Of a stretch of DNA of 52,073 nt, positions 9,397-19,383 are shown one piece after another. A program made the position numbers and the translations under genes. The DNA comes from an uncultured Acidimicrobium sp. (lineage in GTDB: Bacteria > Actinomycetota > Acidimicrobiia > Acidimicrobiales > Ilumatobacteraceae), in assembly GCA_964351545.1 (NCBI GenBank), contig CAYGOJ010000002.1:1-52073 (forward strand), read 5' to 3'. The notes under the pieces were generated by a model. That model was not told the DNA's origin. It saw only the letters and a program-made list of their open reading frames with translations, and made no database searches. Within the stretch, counting starts at the first letter, position 1; each line of letters starts with the position of its first letter.

Positions 9397-9870
9397 CTAT
9401 GTGAGAGTTGCCAGTACCCGTTGATGCAAGTGTGGCCACGCGGCCGCAAGACCGGCGTGCAATGCGAAGTTCTTTACATCGTTGAGCAGAACCCAACGAA
9501 TGTCTTCTGACTCCGCGTTGGCCGCGAACGCGCCCGCGTCCCCCTTGCAGTGGGCGATCACCGTGTCGTAGTGCCAGACCCCGTGATCGTCAGAATAGAC
9601 ATCGCGCACCTCGAATTCGCTGACGAGGATCCCGGCTTCTTCACCGGCTTCTCGCGCGGCCGCACCGATCGAATCCTCGTGTGAATCAATCGCACCGCCG
9701 GGAAGTGCCCACGTACCTCCACCGTGGGTCCATGCGGCACGAAGCTGTAACAAAACGAATGGCTCGACCCGATCAAGGCGCACTAGCAGTAGGCCAGCTG
9801 CGCCATTGACCCCCCAGTGGCGGAGACCGCAGTTACAAATCACCCATCCATCACCATCGCGATACGCCAC
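9397..9870 (-). CDS. NUDIX hydrolase
   Basis: 157 aa. Nudix box GGAIDSHEDSIGAAAREAGEEAGI. Confidence 0.85.
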   Translation of the reverse strand: MAYRDGDGWVICNCGLRHWGVNGAAGLLLVRLDRVEPFVLLQLRAAWTHGGGTWALPGGAIDSHEDSIGAAAREAGEEAGILVSEFEVRDVYSDDHGVWHYDTVIAHCKGDAGAFAANAESEDIRWVLLNDVKNFALHAGLAAAWPHLHQRVLATLT

Positions 9871-9897
9871 GGGGAAATTTTGTCACATCGCGCCACA

Positions 9898-10347
9898 TCA
9901 CAGCACATCAATCTGAGGAATCTTGGCGCTGCGTCGGAAGTGTGCGCGAGCGCTGGCCTGGGCCGAGGTCACCTGCGCATGATGTTCATGGCAAAGCACT
10001 TCCAGACCGCCTCTACCATCGCGGTCGGGCAAGAGATGATGATGGCATCCGGGTCCGTAGCCTCTTCCGTCCCGAGGTTCGAGGTGATTGACTTCGCAGT
10101 CGCGTCGTAGGGCCGTGCAATTCACCCGCGTACAGCGGAATTTGGCTCGTCGCTTGGCAGCCGAACGGGCGAAACGCCAGATGTGTTCTCGTTGCCAGGA
10201 ACGACCGCATTTTTCGGAGCACCATGTACGGCGACGCACACCGGTGATTGGCCCGTCGCACCACTGACATCGTCCGGCTGCACCTGTCCACCGCGAGAGC
10301 GGACAGGTAATTCGTTCCGCAATTAATGGTGAGAGTCGTTGTCTCAT
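9898..10347 (-). CDS. HNH-type endonuclease domain protein (Cys/His-rich)
   Basis: CQWCDGPI...WCSEKC and EVNHLEPR...LCHEHH motifs. The ORF is open to 10467, but I prefer Met41 (ATG 10347). This leaves a promoter region for divergent amt. The start is uncertain. Confidence 0.6.
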   Translation of the reverse strand: MRQRLSPLIAERITCPLSRWTGAAGRCQWCDGPITGVRRRTWCSEKCGRSWQREHIWRFARSAAKRRAKFRCTRVNCTALRRDCEVNHLEPRDGRGYGPGCHHHLLPDRDGRGGLEVLCHEHHAQVTSAQASARAHFRRSAKIPQIDVL

Positions 10348-10476
10348 CTGCAAAAAATATACATCCTCCCGAAACATCTCGTAGACACTGACGAAACTTT
10401 GATGACCTACTGTCGAGTCAAGTTTGGTTGCAAAGGCGCCTCCGAATTGTTCATTCGGTCCGACCAAGGAGCAACC

Positions 10477-11934
10477 ATGTCACATTTCTTTCGCCAGCAC
10501 CGTTTGCAATTTACAATCGGAAGTGCAATTGGATTGCTGGGGATTCTGGCAATGCCGGCGGTCGCGCTTGCCGAAGACGTCGATCCGGTCGTACTCCTCG
10601 GACAACAGGTAAGCCTGATGTGGATTGTGATCGGGGCGTCCCTGGTCGTATTTATGCAGGCCGGTTTCGCCCTAGTAGAAACTGGATTCTGTCGGGCCAA
10701 ACATGCCGCGCATGTGGTGAGCACCAACTTCGCCGTCTTCGGACTCGGATTCATTGGATTTTTCTTCGTTGGGTTTGCATTCGCCTTTGGTGGATTTTCG
10801 TATTCGGCATTCGGACTAAGTGCACCGGTGGGCGAGGCACTGATCGGAAGTGGCGACTGGGTGTTTCTGTGGCAGGGGGGTTGGGCGCTTTCGGGTAAGG
10901 CCATCACCCCTGCGGTGTTGGGTTTCTTTCTGTACATGGTCGCATTCATGGACACGACGGCGACGATCCCAACCGGATCGATGGCCGAACGCTGGAAGTG
11001 GAAAAGCTTCGTTCTGTGGGGTCTTTTCTGTGGCGCCATTTACTACCCGCTGTTTGCTGCGTGGACATGGGGAGGTGGATGGTTGGCCCGAAGCTGGAGC
11101 ACGATGTCGCTGGGTGCCGGCTATGTCGACTTCGCTGGTTCCGGCGTCGTGCACGCCGTTGGAGGCGTTGCCGCCCTTACGGGCGCGGTCGTTCTTGGTC
11201 CGCGCATCGGCAAGTTTGATCGAGACGGCAATCCGAAGGCAATCCCGGGTCATCACATTCCGATGGCGATGCTGGGAACGTTCATCTTGCTGTTCGGTTG
11301 GTTCGGCTTCAATGCCGCGAGTACTTTTGCCGCGACAGATGTGCAGTTCGCGACCGCGGCTGCAAATACGGCGATTGCAGCAGCGTTTGGTGGAATTACC
11401 GGAATGATGTGGATTACTCGTCGAACCGGCAAACCCGATCCCGGGATGATGGCCAACGGGATGCTTGCCGGGCTCGTCGCCGTGACCGCGCCCTGCGCCT
11501 TCATTGCCCCATGGGCTGCGGCAGTAATCGGTGTTGTTGCTGGTGTGCTTGTCATCGAATCGGTGTTTTTCGTGGAGAGGCGTTTGAAAGTCGACGATCC
11601 GGTTGGGGCGATATCGGTTCACGGCGTGTGTGGAATTTTTGGAGTTCTTTCCGTTGGCATTTTTGCCAACGGAAGCTACGGCTCGGGGTGGAACGGCTCG
11701 ACCGCTTCCGGAATCGAAGGAGTCATCAAGGGCAATTGGGGTCAGTTGGGTGCCCAAGGACTTGGAGTGCTTGTCATCGTTGTCGTTAACGGAGGGTTGT
11801 CGTTTGCCTTCTTCACGTTTCAAAAGCGTCTCACCAAGGGCGGAATTCGCTCCACGGCCGACGATGAGATTCAGGGTCTCGACATCCCTGAAATGGGTGT
11901 GCATGCCTATCCAGAATTTGCAGGTGCTCACTAA
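10477..11934 (+). CDS. amt: ammonium transporter (Amt family)
   Basis: ATG 10477 has an AAGGA RBS. Signal peptide ...AMPAVALA. Amt motifs FAVFGLGFIGFFFVGFAF, DFAGSGVVH and ISVHGVCGIFG. Confidence 0.93.
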   Translation: MSHFFRQHRLQFTIGSAIGLLGILAMPAVALAEDVDPVVLLGQQVSLMWIVIGASLVVFMQAGFALVETGFCRAKHAAHVVSTNFAVFGLGFIGFFFVGFAFAFGGFSYSAFGLSAPVGEALIGSGDWVFLWQGGWALSGKAITPAVLGFFLYMVAFMDTTATIPTGSMAERWKWKSFVLWGLFCGAIYYPLFAAWTWGGGWLARSWSTMSLGAGYVDFAGSGVVHAVGGVAALTGAVVLGPRIGKFDRDGNPKAIPGHHIPMAMLGTFILLFGWFGFNAASTFAATDVQFATAAANTAIAAAFGGITGMMWITRRTGKPDPGMMANGMLAGLVAVTAPCAFIAPWAAAVIGVVAGVLVIESVFFVERRLKVDDPVGAISVHGVCGIFGVLSVGIFANGSYGSGWNGSTASGIEGVIKGNWGQLGAQGLGVLVIVVVNGGLSFAFFTFQKRLTKGGIRSTADDEIQGLDIPEMGVHAYPEFAGAH

Positions 11935-11952
11935 TGGCTAACAAAACTGTAG

Positions 11953-12318
<366 letters not shown>

Positions 12319-12329
12319 ACGGGGGCACA

Positions 12330-13475
12330 TTACATGACGAAGAAGTCGCCAAGGATCTTGGCCGTCCGACTGCGCGAATTCATCAAGTCGGACTTGGTGC
12401 CAGGCGGAACACTCGGGTCGGCTAAATCGTGGAGTACGGACCGAATAGTCCAACCGCTAATTTTGTCAACCCATGTCGGATAAACAACTGGTCGAGTCGA
12501 AGTCACTTCGCCATTTGGTGAAATAGTCATTTCGACAGTGGCAATGACCGCGTCTTGCGATTGTGCCGGCCATCGCTCGTCGGTCGGAAGGTTCGACAAG
12601 ATGTTGCCAAGCCCAAACAACACCCATGTACCGTTCATCTGCACGATCGGTTGCACGACGTGGGCGTGATGACCGACGATGAGATCGATCAGGCCAGACT
12701 TTGTAAGCTGCTCGGCAATTGTCATTTGCATTGTGGTTGGAGTTTGGTTCGTTTCATTTCCCCAATGCATACTCACGATTACCACCTCGGCCCCCATCTC
12801 GCGTGCTCTCGTTGAATCGGCGAGAATTCTCCCCGAATCGATGAGCGCGGAGCGCCACTGTTGATCAAGCGGCAGGCTCAATCCATTGAAACTGAAGGTA
12901 TACGAGAGATGGGTGATCCGAATATCGTTGACAACAATGACATGCGGTTCGATCTCGGCGGGGGTGCGGGCCATTCCGGTCTGGCTAACTCCTTGAAGTT
13001 CGAGCGCACGTATCGTGGCGTCGATTCCATCCGTTCCTCGATCGAAGGAGTGATTGCTGGCCGTTGAACAGCGATCAAATCCTGCCTTGGCAATCGCCGT
13101 CGTAATCTCTGGGGGAACACCGAAATATGGATAGGTCGAGAGTGCCTCGCCGCTCGGGGCAATTGGTGTTTCCAGATGACAGATCGCAAGGTCGGCCCTG
13201 CTAATCAGCGGAGCCACTCGGAGAAACATCGGAGTAAAGTCGTACTCGTCGACGGATTGATTGGCGATGGCGTTGCGTCGCGCCTGGACAACTAGCGGAG
13301 TGTGGGCCAACACATCTCCGCTGAATGCCAGGCTCAGGTGACGAACGGGCTGTTGCAAGGTGGTGGCCGAGGAATCAACAGGTATCCGATTTTGCGTCGT
13401 CGAAGTCGTGGTGGCGTCGCGTCGATCGGAACTTGCGCAGGCTCCGAGAACCACACACATGCCACACGCCAGCAC
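12330..13475 (-). CDS. CapA-family (PGA_cap) metallophosphatase-like lipoprotein
   Basis: 381 aa. Lipobox VVLGAC|ASS. CapA-type motifs (FSGDVLAH, SMHWGNE, VVGHHAHVVQP). Confidence 0.75.
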   Translation of the reverse strand: MLACGMCVVLGACASSDRRDATTTSTTQNRIPVDSSATTLQQPVRHLSLAFSGDVLAHTPLVVQARRNAIANQSVDEYDFTPMFLRVAPLISRADLAICHLETPIAPSGEALSTYPYFGVPPEITTAIAKAGFDRCSTASNHSFDRGTDGIDATIRALELQGVSQTGMARTPAEIEPHVIVVNDIRITHLSYTFSFNGLSLPLDQQWRSALIDSGRILADSTRAREMGAEVVIVSMHWGNETNQTPTTMQMTIAEQLTKSGLIDLIVGHHAHVVQPIVQMNGTWVLFGLGNILSNLPTDERWPAQSQDAVIATVEMTISPNGEVTSTRPVVYPTWVDKISGWTIRSVLHDLADPSVPPGTKSDLMNSRSRTAKILGDFFVM

Positions 13476-13504
13476 GCCTCGCCGCCGTGCCGAAAACCTT
13501 TGAG

Positions 13505-14422
13505 TTAGCGAGGTGTTGTTGTCGCGATGAATGTGTTGATGATATTGGCTAATTCAATTGCATTGTCCTCTTGGATGAAGTGTCCACCGCCGGCAACCGT
13601 GGTGTGGGGTTGTCCTTGTGCTCCCGGAACATTTCGGATGAAAATAGATTCGCCGCCTTTGGTTACGGGGTCACTGTCACCAAATGCACAAAGGAAGGGC
13701 CGCTCGAATTTCTTCAGCACGCCCCATGCCAGGGTGTTGTCGTGATGGGCCTGATCTTGGGGTGATGTCGGTACCAACGATGGAAAAATTCGAGCGCCTT
13801 CCTTGTAGCTGTCGTCAGGAAACGGTGCATCATAGGCAGCGATTGTTTGAGGCGAGAGTTTTGTCACGACGGCCCCATTTACGATGTTGCCAATTGGGAA
13901 AGATGTGGAAGTTTGTGAATAATTCTGCCAAGCCATGAACGCGTCGGAGAGTTTGCTATCACCGGTCGGCAACCCCGTGTTGCTGATCACTACTCGGTCA
14001 AATCGCTCCGGTGAATTGGCGACCAATCTCAAACCGATAAGGCCTCCCCAGTCTTGGCCAAAGAATGTGGTGTGTCGCACTCCGATTTGGTCAAATAGCA
14101 ACTCACTCATCCATGACACATGGCGGGAATAGGTGTAGTCGCTTCGCAGCGACGGTTTATCGGAGCGGCCAAATCCGACTAAGTCAGGCGCAATCACCCG
14201 GTGTCCGGCCCCCACAATCACGGGAATCATTTTTCGATATAGATAACACCAAGACGGCTCTCCGTGCATCAACAGCACAGGGTTTGCATCCTGTGGTCCC
14301 TCATCTAGGTAGTGGACTCGCAACTCTCCGCCGTCGCCATCGGCGATTTGTGCATAGTGCGGTGCAAAGTTGAATTCGGCGAGATTTTCAAATCGATCGT
14401 CGGGTGTGCGAAGTGTCTTCAT
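13505..14422 (-). CDS. haloalkane dehalogenase (alpha/beta hydrolase, HLD-I-like)
   Basis: 305 aa. N-terminus TPDDRFENLAEFNFAPHY..., LLMHGEPSWCYLYRKMIP and nucleophile elbow FGQDWGG. Confidence 0.8.
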   Translation of the reverse strand: MKTLRTPDDRFENLAEFNFAPHYAQIADGDGGELRVHYLDEGPQDANPVLLMHGEPSWCYLYRKMIPVIVGAGHRVIAPDLVGFGRSDKPSLRSDYTYSRHVSWMSELLFDQIGVRHTTFFGQDWGGLIGLRLVANSPERFDRVVISNTGLPTGDSKLSDAFMAWQNYSQTSTSFPIGNIVNGAVVTKLSPQTIAAYDAPFPDDSYKEGARIFPSLVPTSPQDQAHHDNTLAWGVLKKFERPFLCAFGDSDPVTKGGESIFIRNVPGAQGQPHTTVAGGGHFIQEDNAIELANIINTFIATTTPR

Positions 14423-14431
14423 TGGTGACTC

Positions 14432-15049
14432 CTAGGTTGTTCGTTTCGTATGCTTGAGGGACTTTGTCAGCGAAATGGTGAGCGCCGATTTGATCGCGGC
14501 TTCAGACAATCCTTGGTCATGGCGCATGAGTTCGTATGACTCAAACGAAGACAATACGTCGATCGCCGCGATCGCCGCAATCCGTTCTTGCCGTCCTAGT
14601 GATTCCAGTTCGGCTTCAAAGTGCTGCAACATTTGATCGCGCAAGATTCTGCGCCCTTTACTGAGCTGCCTATGGATTGCGGGTACTCGGTGCGAGTGGG
14701 CGCGCGCGACTCGTCCAATCGTTCCGACCTGCTTGAACAACCGCATGCGCTGATCCACGAAGTGCTCAATCTTTTCTGTCACCGATCCGCGACCGAGCTC
14801 GCTGATGTTGGTAAAGAGCGAGATTCGTTCAAACTGAGCGTCGCATGCGGTGCGATAAAGGTCATTAACGTCGTCAAAGTATCTAAACAGCGATCGTTCC
14901 GAAAGTCCGGCCTCGATGGCGATCTCGGCCGCGCTCACATCGATTTGCCCTCTGTCGTAGAGGCCAAGTAGTGCCGCCACGATTGTTTCACGGTTGCGTT
15001 CGCGGCGCAGGATGCGACCGTCGTGGCTAATGGACGCGATGCTTGCCAT
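14432..15049 (-). CDS. TetR/AcrR-family transcriptional regulator
   Basis: HTH IAIEAGLSERSLFRYF. The ORF is open to 15076, but I prefer ATG 15049 because it leaves a 49-bp divergent promoter region. Confidence 0.8.
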   Translation of the reverse strand: MASIASISHDGRILRRERNRETIVAALLGLYDRGQIDVSAAEIAIEAGLSERSLFRYFDDVNDLYRTACDAQFERISLFTNISELGRGSVTEKIEHFVDQRMRLFKQVGTIGRVARAHSHRVPAIHRQLSKGRRILRDQMLQHFEAELESLGRQERIAAIAAIDVLSSFESYELMRHDQGLSEAAIKSALTISLTKSLKHTKRTT

Positions 15050-15052
15050 ATT

Positions 15053-15081
15053 TTGACATAGTGTATGACAGAACATAGAGT
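15053..15081 (+). promoter_or_regulatory. candidate sigma-70-type promoter for the sulfatase gene
   Basis: TTGACA (15053-15058), 17-nt spacer, TAGAGT (15076-15081), then AAGGGGA and ATG 15099. ACATAG..GTGT occurs twice in the spacer and could be the TetR operator. Confidence 0.35.
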
Positions 15082-15098
15082 GTGGTCAAGGGGAGCAA

Positions 15099-17357
15099 AT
15101 GGGCGTTTCTGAACAAGACTTTGCCGGCACGATCGGTCAAACTCATCTCGAGTCTGTACCTGCTTGGCCGAAACTGCCGGCTGGGCTCGGTGGTCCAAAT
15201 GTCATCACCATCGTGTTGGACGACATGGGATTTGCTCATCCGGGTTGTTTCGGAAGTTTGCTGCAGACGCCAAACATCGATCGATTGGCGGCGAGAGGCA
15301 TTCGGTTCACGGGTTTTCACACCACCGCGCTGTGTTCGCCTTCACGGGCATGTCTTCTCACAGGTCGAAATCATCACGCCGTTGGGATGCGTGGAGTTTC
15401 CAATTGGAACACCGGATTCCCGAATATGCGGGGCGGGATCACCCCGAAAGCGGCAACGATGGCAGAAGTTCTTCGGACCCAGGGCTATGCGACCTTTGCA
15501 GCCGGTAAATGGCATCTGGCGCCGATGGAAGAATGCTCGGCGGCCGGACCACATCACAATTGGCCATTGCAGAAGGGCTTCGATCGTTTCTACGGTTTCA
15601 TGCAAGGCGAAACCGATCAGTTCTATCCGGAACTAACTCGCGACAATCAGCACATTCTTCCCCCTCGAACACCGGAGCAGGGTTATCACCTAAGCGAGGA
15701 TCTTGTTGACCAATCCACAGTGTGGATTCGCGATCTTGTCTCAATTAGACCCGACAGACCGTTCTTTTTGTATCTTGCCTTCGGTGCTCAACACGCTCCT
15801 CATCATGCGCCGGACAACTATCTGCTCAAGTGGAAGGGAAAGTTCGACGACGGTTGGGATATCCATCGGCAGCGGTGGTTTGAGCGACAAATTGAACTTG
15901 GCGTGATTCCGCCACAGACAATATTGTCGCCGCGGAATCCAGGAGTGAAACCATGGATCGAACTCACTGTCAATGAACAACTCTTTGCCTGCCGATTGCA
16001 GGAGGCCTTCGCGGCGATGCTCGACCATACGGATGCCCAAATTGGCCGTCTCGTGTCGTTTCTTGAGGAACGTGCGATGTTGGACAACACCTTGATTATT
16101 TTGCTGTCCGACAATGGTGCGAGTCGCGAGGGTGGTCCTCAAGGTGTGATGGATGAATTCAGTTTCTTTAATGGAGAGTTTGAAAATGTCGACGAAGTCG
16201 TGGCTACAAGATTGGACGACATCGGCACGAAAAATGCGCACTCAAACTACCCATGGGGCTGGGCGCAGGTCGGTAACACACCGTCGCGTTGGTACAAATC
16301 GCAAACTTACGGCGGTGGCATTCGGGATTCACTGATTATGCAGTGGCCGGAGCGCATCTCTGCGGTCGGTGAGATTCGACCCCAGTTTTGTCACATCACC
16401 GATATTGCCCCAACGGTCTATGAGGCGCTCGGAATAGAGCCAGGCGCAATCATCAATGGCTACGAGCAGTTGCCGATAGCCGGAAGCAGCATCATGTACA
16501 CGATCGCAGCGAGAGACGGAATCACTCGACGAAAGCCTCAGTATTTCGAGATGATGGGGCATCGTGCGATGTGGTCGGACGGATGGAAAGCGGTGACCTT
16601 TCACGATGCCGGCACGCCTTATGACGACGACACATGGGGATTGTACAAATTGGACGAAGACTTCTCGGAGACGCATGACCTATCGTCGAAACATCCAGAA
16701 AAACTTGGCGAACTTATCGACCTGTGGTGGGAAGAGGCTGACCAAAATGGTGTGCTGCCATTGGACGACCGAGGGTTTGAGATTTTCGGGATCAAGTCAC
16801 GACCTGGCTCGCCACACGCGCTGGCCGAGTACACGTACTATCCACCAATTTCGCACATTCCGACTGACGCAAGTCCGATGTTGGGTGGTCGATCCTGGAC
16901 AATTACCGCCGAAGTGATTACCGGCGGTGATCAGGAACAAGGTGTCATCTATTCGCGAGGCAGCCACAATATTGGCCACACGTTCTTCATTCAGGACGGG
17001 ATACTGAATTTTGACTACAACGCGCTGAGCAAGCACACTCGCGTGACGGCACCAATTTCGCTCACGGCGGGAGCACATCAGATTCAGGCACGATTCGATC
17101 GTCGAAACGGCGGTGGGGTGCTGACTTTGTTGATCGACGGAGTCGAAGTTGGCTCGGGAGTAGTTCCCAAGGTGATGCGGATGCTTGGCTCTACGGGTAT
17201 GGATATCGGCAATAATCAGCTCTCGCCCGTGGTGAGCGACTATTCGCCGCCGTTCAGTTTTACCGGTCAGATCACAAAGGTCCATTTTGAATTGCGCAGC
17301 AAATCTTCGAAAGCGGATCGCGATGCACTGATACGCGCCGAATCGGCAAAGGAGTAA
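15099..17357 (+). CDS. arylsulfatase (Cys-type, formylglycine-dependent) with a large C-terminal extension
   Basis: 752 aa. Sulfatase signature CSPSRACLLTGRNHH, plus DDMGF and GKWH motifs. Confidence 0.9.
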   Translation: MGVSEQDFAGTIGQTHLESVPAWPKLPAGLGGPNVITIVLDDMGFAHPGCFGSLLQTPNIDRLAARGIRFTGFHTTALCSPSRACLLTGRNHHAVGMRGVSNWNTGFPNMRGGITPKAATMAEVLRTQGYATFAAGKWHLAPMEECSAAGPHHNWPLQKGFDRFYGFMQGETDQFYPELTRDNQHILPPRTPEQGYHLSEDLVDQSTVWIRDLVSIRPDRPFFLYLAFGAQHAPHHAPDNYLLKWKGKFDDGWDIHRQRWFERQIELGVIPPQTILSPRNPGVKPWIELTVNEQLFACRLQEAFAAMLDHTDAQIGRLVSFLEERAMLDNTLIILLSDNGASREGGPQGVMDEFSFFNGEFENVDEVVATRLDDIGTKNAHSNYPWGWAQVGNTPSRWYKSQTYGGGIRDSLIMQWPERISAVGEIRPQFCHITDIAPTVYEALGIEPGAIINGYEQLPIAGSSIMYTIAARDGITRRKPQYFEMMGHRAMWSDGWKAVTFHDAGTPYDDDTWGLYKLDEDFSETHDLSSKHPEKLGELIDLWWEEADQNGVLPLDDRGFEIFGIKSRPGSPHALAEYTYYPPISHIPTDASPMLGGRSWTITAEVITGGDQEQGVIYSRGSHNIGHTFFIQDGILNFDYNALSKHTRVTAPISLTAGAHQIQARFDRRNGGGVLTLLIDGVEVGSGVVPKVMRMLGSTGMDIGNNQLSPVVSDYSPPFSFTGQITKVHFELRSKSSKADRDALIRAESAKE

Positions 17358-17359
17358 CC

Positions 17360-17926
17360 GTGAACGAGCTCATTCTTGACTCATTGCAACGACGGATAAA
17401 GGCGTTGCATTCGTTGTATGAAGATGCCACTTCGACGATGACGATTGATCAGGTGAATCACTTCGAGCGGGAGGGCGTTGTGCCAATCGCCTTTTGCTTA
17501 TTTCACATTGTGAACATGATGGATGCGTCGTTCATGTTGATGACTGGTGCGACGCCGATCTGGACCGCCGAGTGGCAGGCCAAAGTAAATATGCAGATTG
17601 ACGATCACGGTAAGCATCGAACAGTGGATGAAATGGTTCATCAGCGAATAGGTGACTACGAGGCATTTAAGGAGTACATGAGACTCGTATTCGATCGAAC
17701 CGAGTCATGGCTGGAGTCGCTTGACTCCAGCGAACTGACCAGGGTTGTAATTACTAGACCCTTCCCCCAGCAAGTTGCGAACACGTTTAGTGCTCGAGTT
17801 GCCAGCGAGAACGGCGTCACCCTGCTTGACGCGACGGAGTGTTGGATTTACCAGCATGGTTTGCGTCACATGGGTGAAATTGAATTAGCCAGGGGGCTTG
17901 TGGGGCTTGGCGGAATGACGAGCTAG
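17360..17926 (+). CDS. DinB-fold (DinB_2-like) metal-binding protein
   Basis: 188 aa. GTG start 2 nt after the sulfatase stop, with AAGGAG upstream. His-containing helices (FHIVNM, YQHGLRHMGEIE) resemble the DinB four-helix bundle. Confidence 0.55.
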   Translation: MNELILDSLQRRIKALHSLYEDATSTMTIDQVNHFEREGVVPIAFCLFHIVNMMDASFMLMTGATPIWTAEWQAKVNMQIDDHGKHRTVDEMVHQRIGDYEAFKEYMRLVFDRTESWLESLDSSELTRVVITRPFPQQVANTFSARVASENGVTLLDATECWIYQHGLRHMGEIELARGLVGLGGMTS

Positions 17927-18771
17927 ACGCAGAAATTGCGCAAGGTTCCCACAAATTCGAGCGATGTCTCGATGACGTCGCCAGGACGCAGATACACCGG
18001 CGGCTTGTGACCGTGGCCGACACCTGACGGGGTGCCAGTAAAAATGACATCGCCGGGAAACAATTCACAAACCGTCGAGAGATACGAAACGAGATGTGGA
18101 ACGTCAAAGATCATGTCATCCGTGGTTGCATTTTGGCGAGCTTCGCCATTGACGGTGCATCCGATCATTAAATCATCACGTTTTGGATGGTCACGTACAT
18201 CGCAAACCCATGGTCCGATTGGGGCGAAACCTTGCCGGCTTTTTCCCAGGCTGAACTGTGGTGGTCTGCCCGAATTTTGTAATTGTCGGTCGCTGATGTC
18301 TTGCCCAACACATAGTCCGGCGACGTGATTCCATGCCTCCGTCTCGCTGATATTGCGTCCACCAATTGAAATGACAACGACCACCTCGGATTCGTAGTCA
18401 CATGTAGTACCAACAAGCGGAATATCGCCGCCAGGCGTATTCAACGCGCTCTGAAATTTGGCAAATGTTAGCGGTGAGTCTGGGAGTGGCGAGCCCATTT
18501 CCTCCGCGTGTTTACGATAATTTAACCCGACCGCAAATAGTTGACGCGGACGCGGAACCGGGCAATCGAGTTTTTCCAATAATGCAGCTGGTGCATCGCC
18601 ATTCACCACCGCCGATTTGCTCAGCGCCCGGATTTCATCCCAACGCGCGAGGCATGACATTGGATCGCTGGGCAATTTGCCATTGCTTATATGCTCGATG
18701 TCAACGAGTCGATCGTCCTCACCAATCACCAGGTGCGCTCGCTGGCCAAACGATGCGAGCCTTGTGTGCAT
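17923..18771 (-). CDS. fumarylacetoacetate hydrolase (FAH) family protein
   Basis: 282 aa. FAH-family motifs FAVGLNYRKHAEE, DYESEVVVVI and GDVIFTGTPSGVG. Confidence 0.88.
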   Translation of the reverse strand: MHTRLASFGQRAHLVIGEDDRLVDIEHISNGKLPSDPMSCLARWDEIRALSKSAVVNGDAPAALLEKLDCPVPRPRQLFAVGLNYRKHAEEMGSPLPDSPLTFAKFQSALNTPGGDIPLVGTTCDYESEVVVVISIGGRNISETEAWNHVAGLCVGQDISDRQLQNSGRPPQFSLGKSRQGFAPIGPWVCDVRDHPKRDDLMIGCTVNGEARQNATTDDMIFDVPHLVSYLSTVCELFPGDVIFTGTPSGVGHGHKPPVYLRPGDVIETSLEFVGTLRNFCV

Positions 18772-18783
18772 CGGAATAGCGAT

Positions 18784-19383
18784 CTAGGCGCGGTTGCGTG
18801 CGGCGCGGCGCTGAGCCTGAGATTGCGCGCGGGACTGTCGTTCCTTTTCATTGCGAACCGCCCGCTGTCGGCGCTTCTCTTCCTGTGCGACCGCATCTGT
18901 CTCGATCGGTCGCAGGGGAGAGTTGGCCGTCGCGGTCGTTGGCAGTGCGAATCGCTCGTCGGTGGCGATTAGTTTCTTGAATCCGGCGAGTGTTAGAGAG
19001 TATTGCACGGACATCAATCGAGCGGCATCCAATCCAAATGATTCGATGAGCTCATCCACACTTGACTGCAGATCGGCGAGATTTGGATCGTCGGAGGTGC
19101 TCCCGAGAATCTCGATGCAGCGTTCGGTACATGGTTCGCTGAGCACGACACCGGTGTCGAGATGCGCACTTCGGGCCACCATTGCTTGGCGGATGGTCGT
19201 GGCTATCGCGGTTGGTTCGCTAAAGGACCCGGCCGGAAGTGCCAGCACCTTTGCCAGTGGATCGCGAAGCTTTTCGGGCAACGCCATCGCAAGGCTGGCC
19301 AGCGACTCGTCTGTGATCGTGGCAAAAACGGATGCATATCGGCGCTCCATGAGAATGAATTCACGCGAGGAATTGACGGCCAT
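18784..19383 (-). CDS. hypothetical protein with a strongly basic C-terminal tail
   Basis: The ORF is open to 19437, but ATG 19383 has AAGAGG 8 nt upstream. I recognise no domain. The C-terminus EEKRRQRAVRNEKERQSRAQSQAQRRAARNRA is Arg/Lys-rich. Confidence 0.5.
   Translation of the reverse strand: MAVNSSREFILMERRYASVFATITDESLASLAMALPEKLRDPLAKVLALPAGSFSEPTAIATTIRQAMVARSAHLDTGVVLSEPCTERCIEILGSTSDDPNLADLQSSVDELIESFGLDAARLMSVQYSLTLAGFKKLIATDERFALPTTATANSPLRPIETDAVAQEEKRRQRAVRNEKERQSRAQSQAQRRAARNRA

Noticed and set aside
10348-10476. I looked for GlnR (GTnAC-n6-GAAAC) or AmtR (CTAT-n6-ATAG) boxes upstream of amt.
   Set aside because: Only a single GAAAC half-site (within tagacACTGACgaaac) is present, with a poor partner half-site. 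That is not enough to call.
10816-11931. A 371-aa ORF on the minus strand, entirely antisense to amt
   Set aside because: The plus-strand frame encodes an unmistakable Amt transporter. The antisense product is Arg/His/Gly/Pro-rich and low-complexity with no motif or RBS, which is a typical stop-poor shadow frame.
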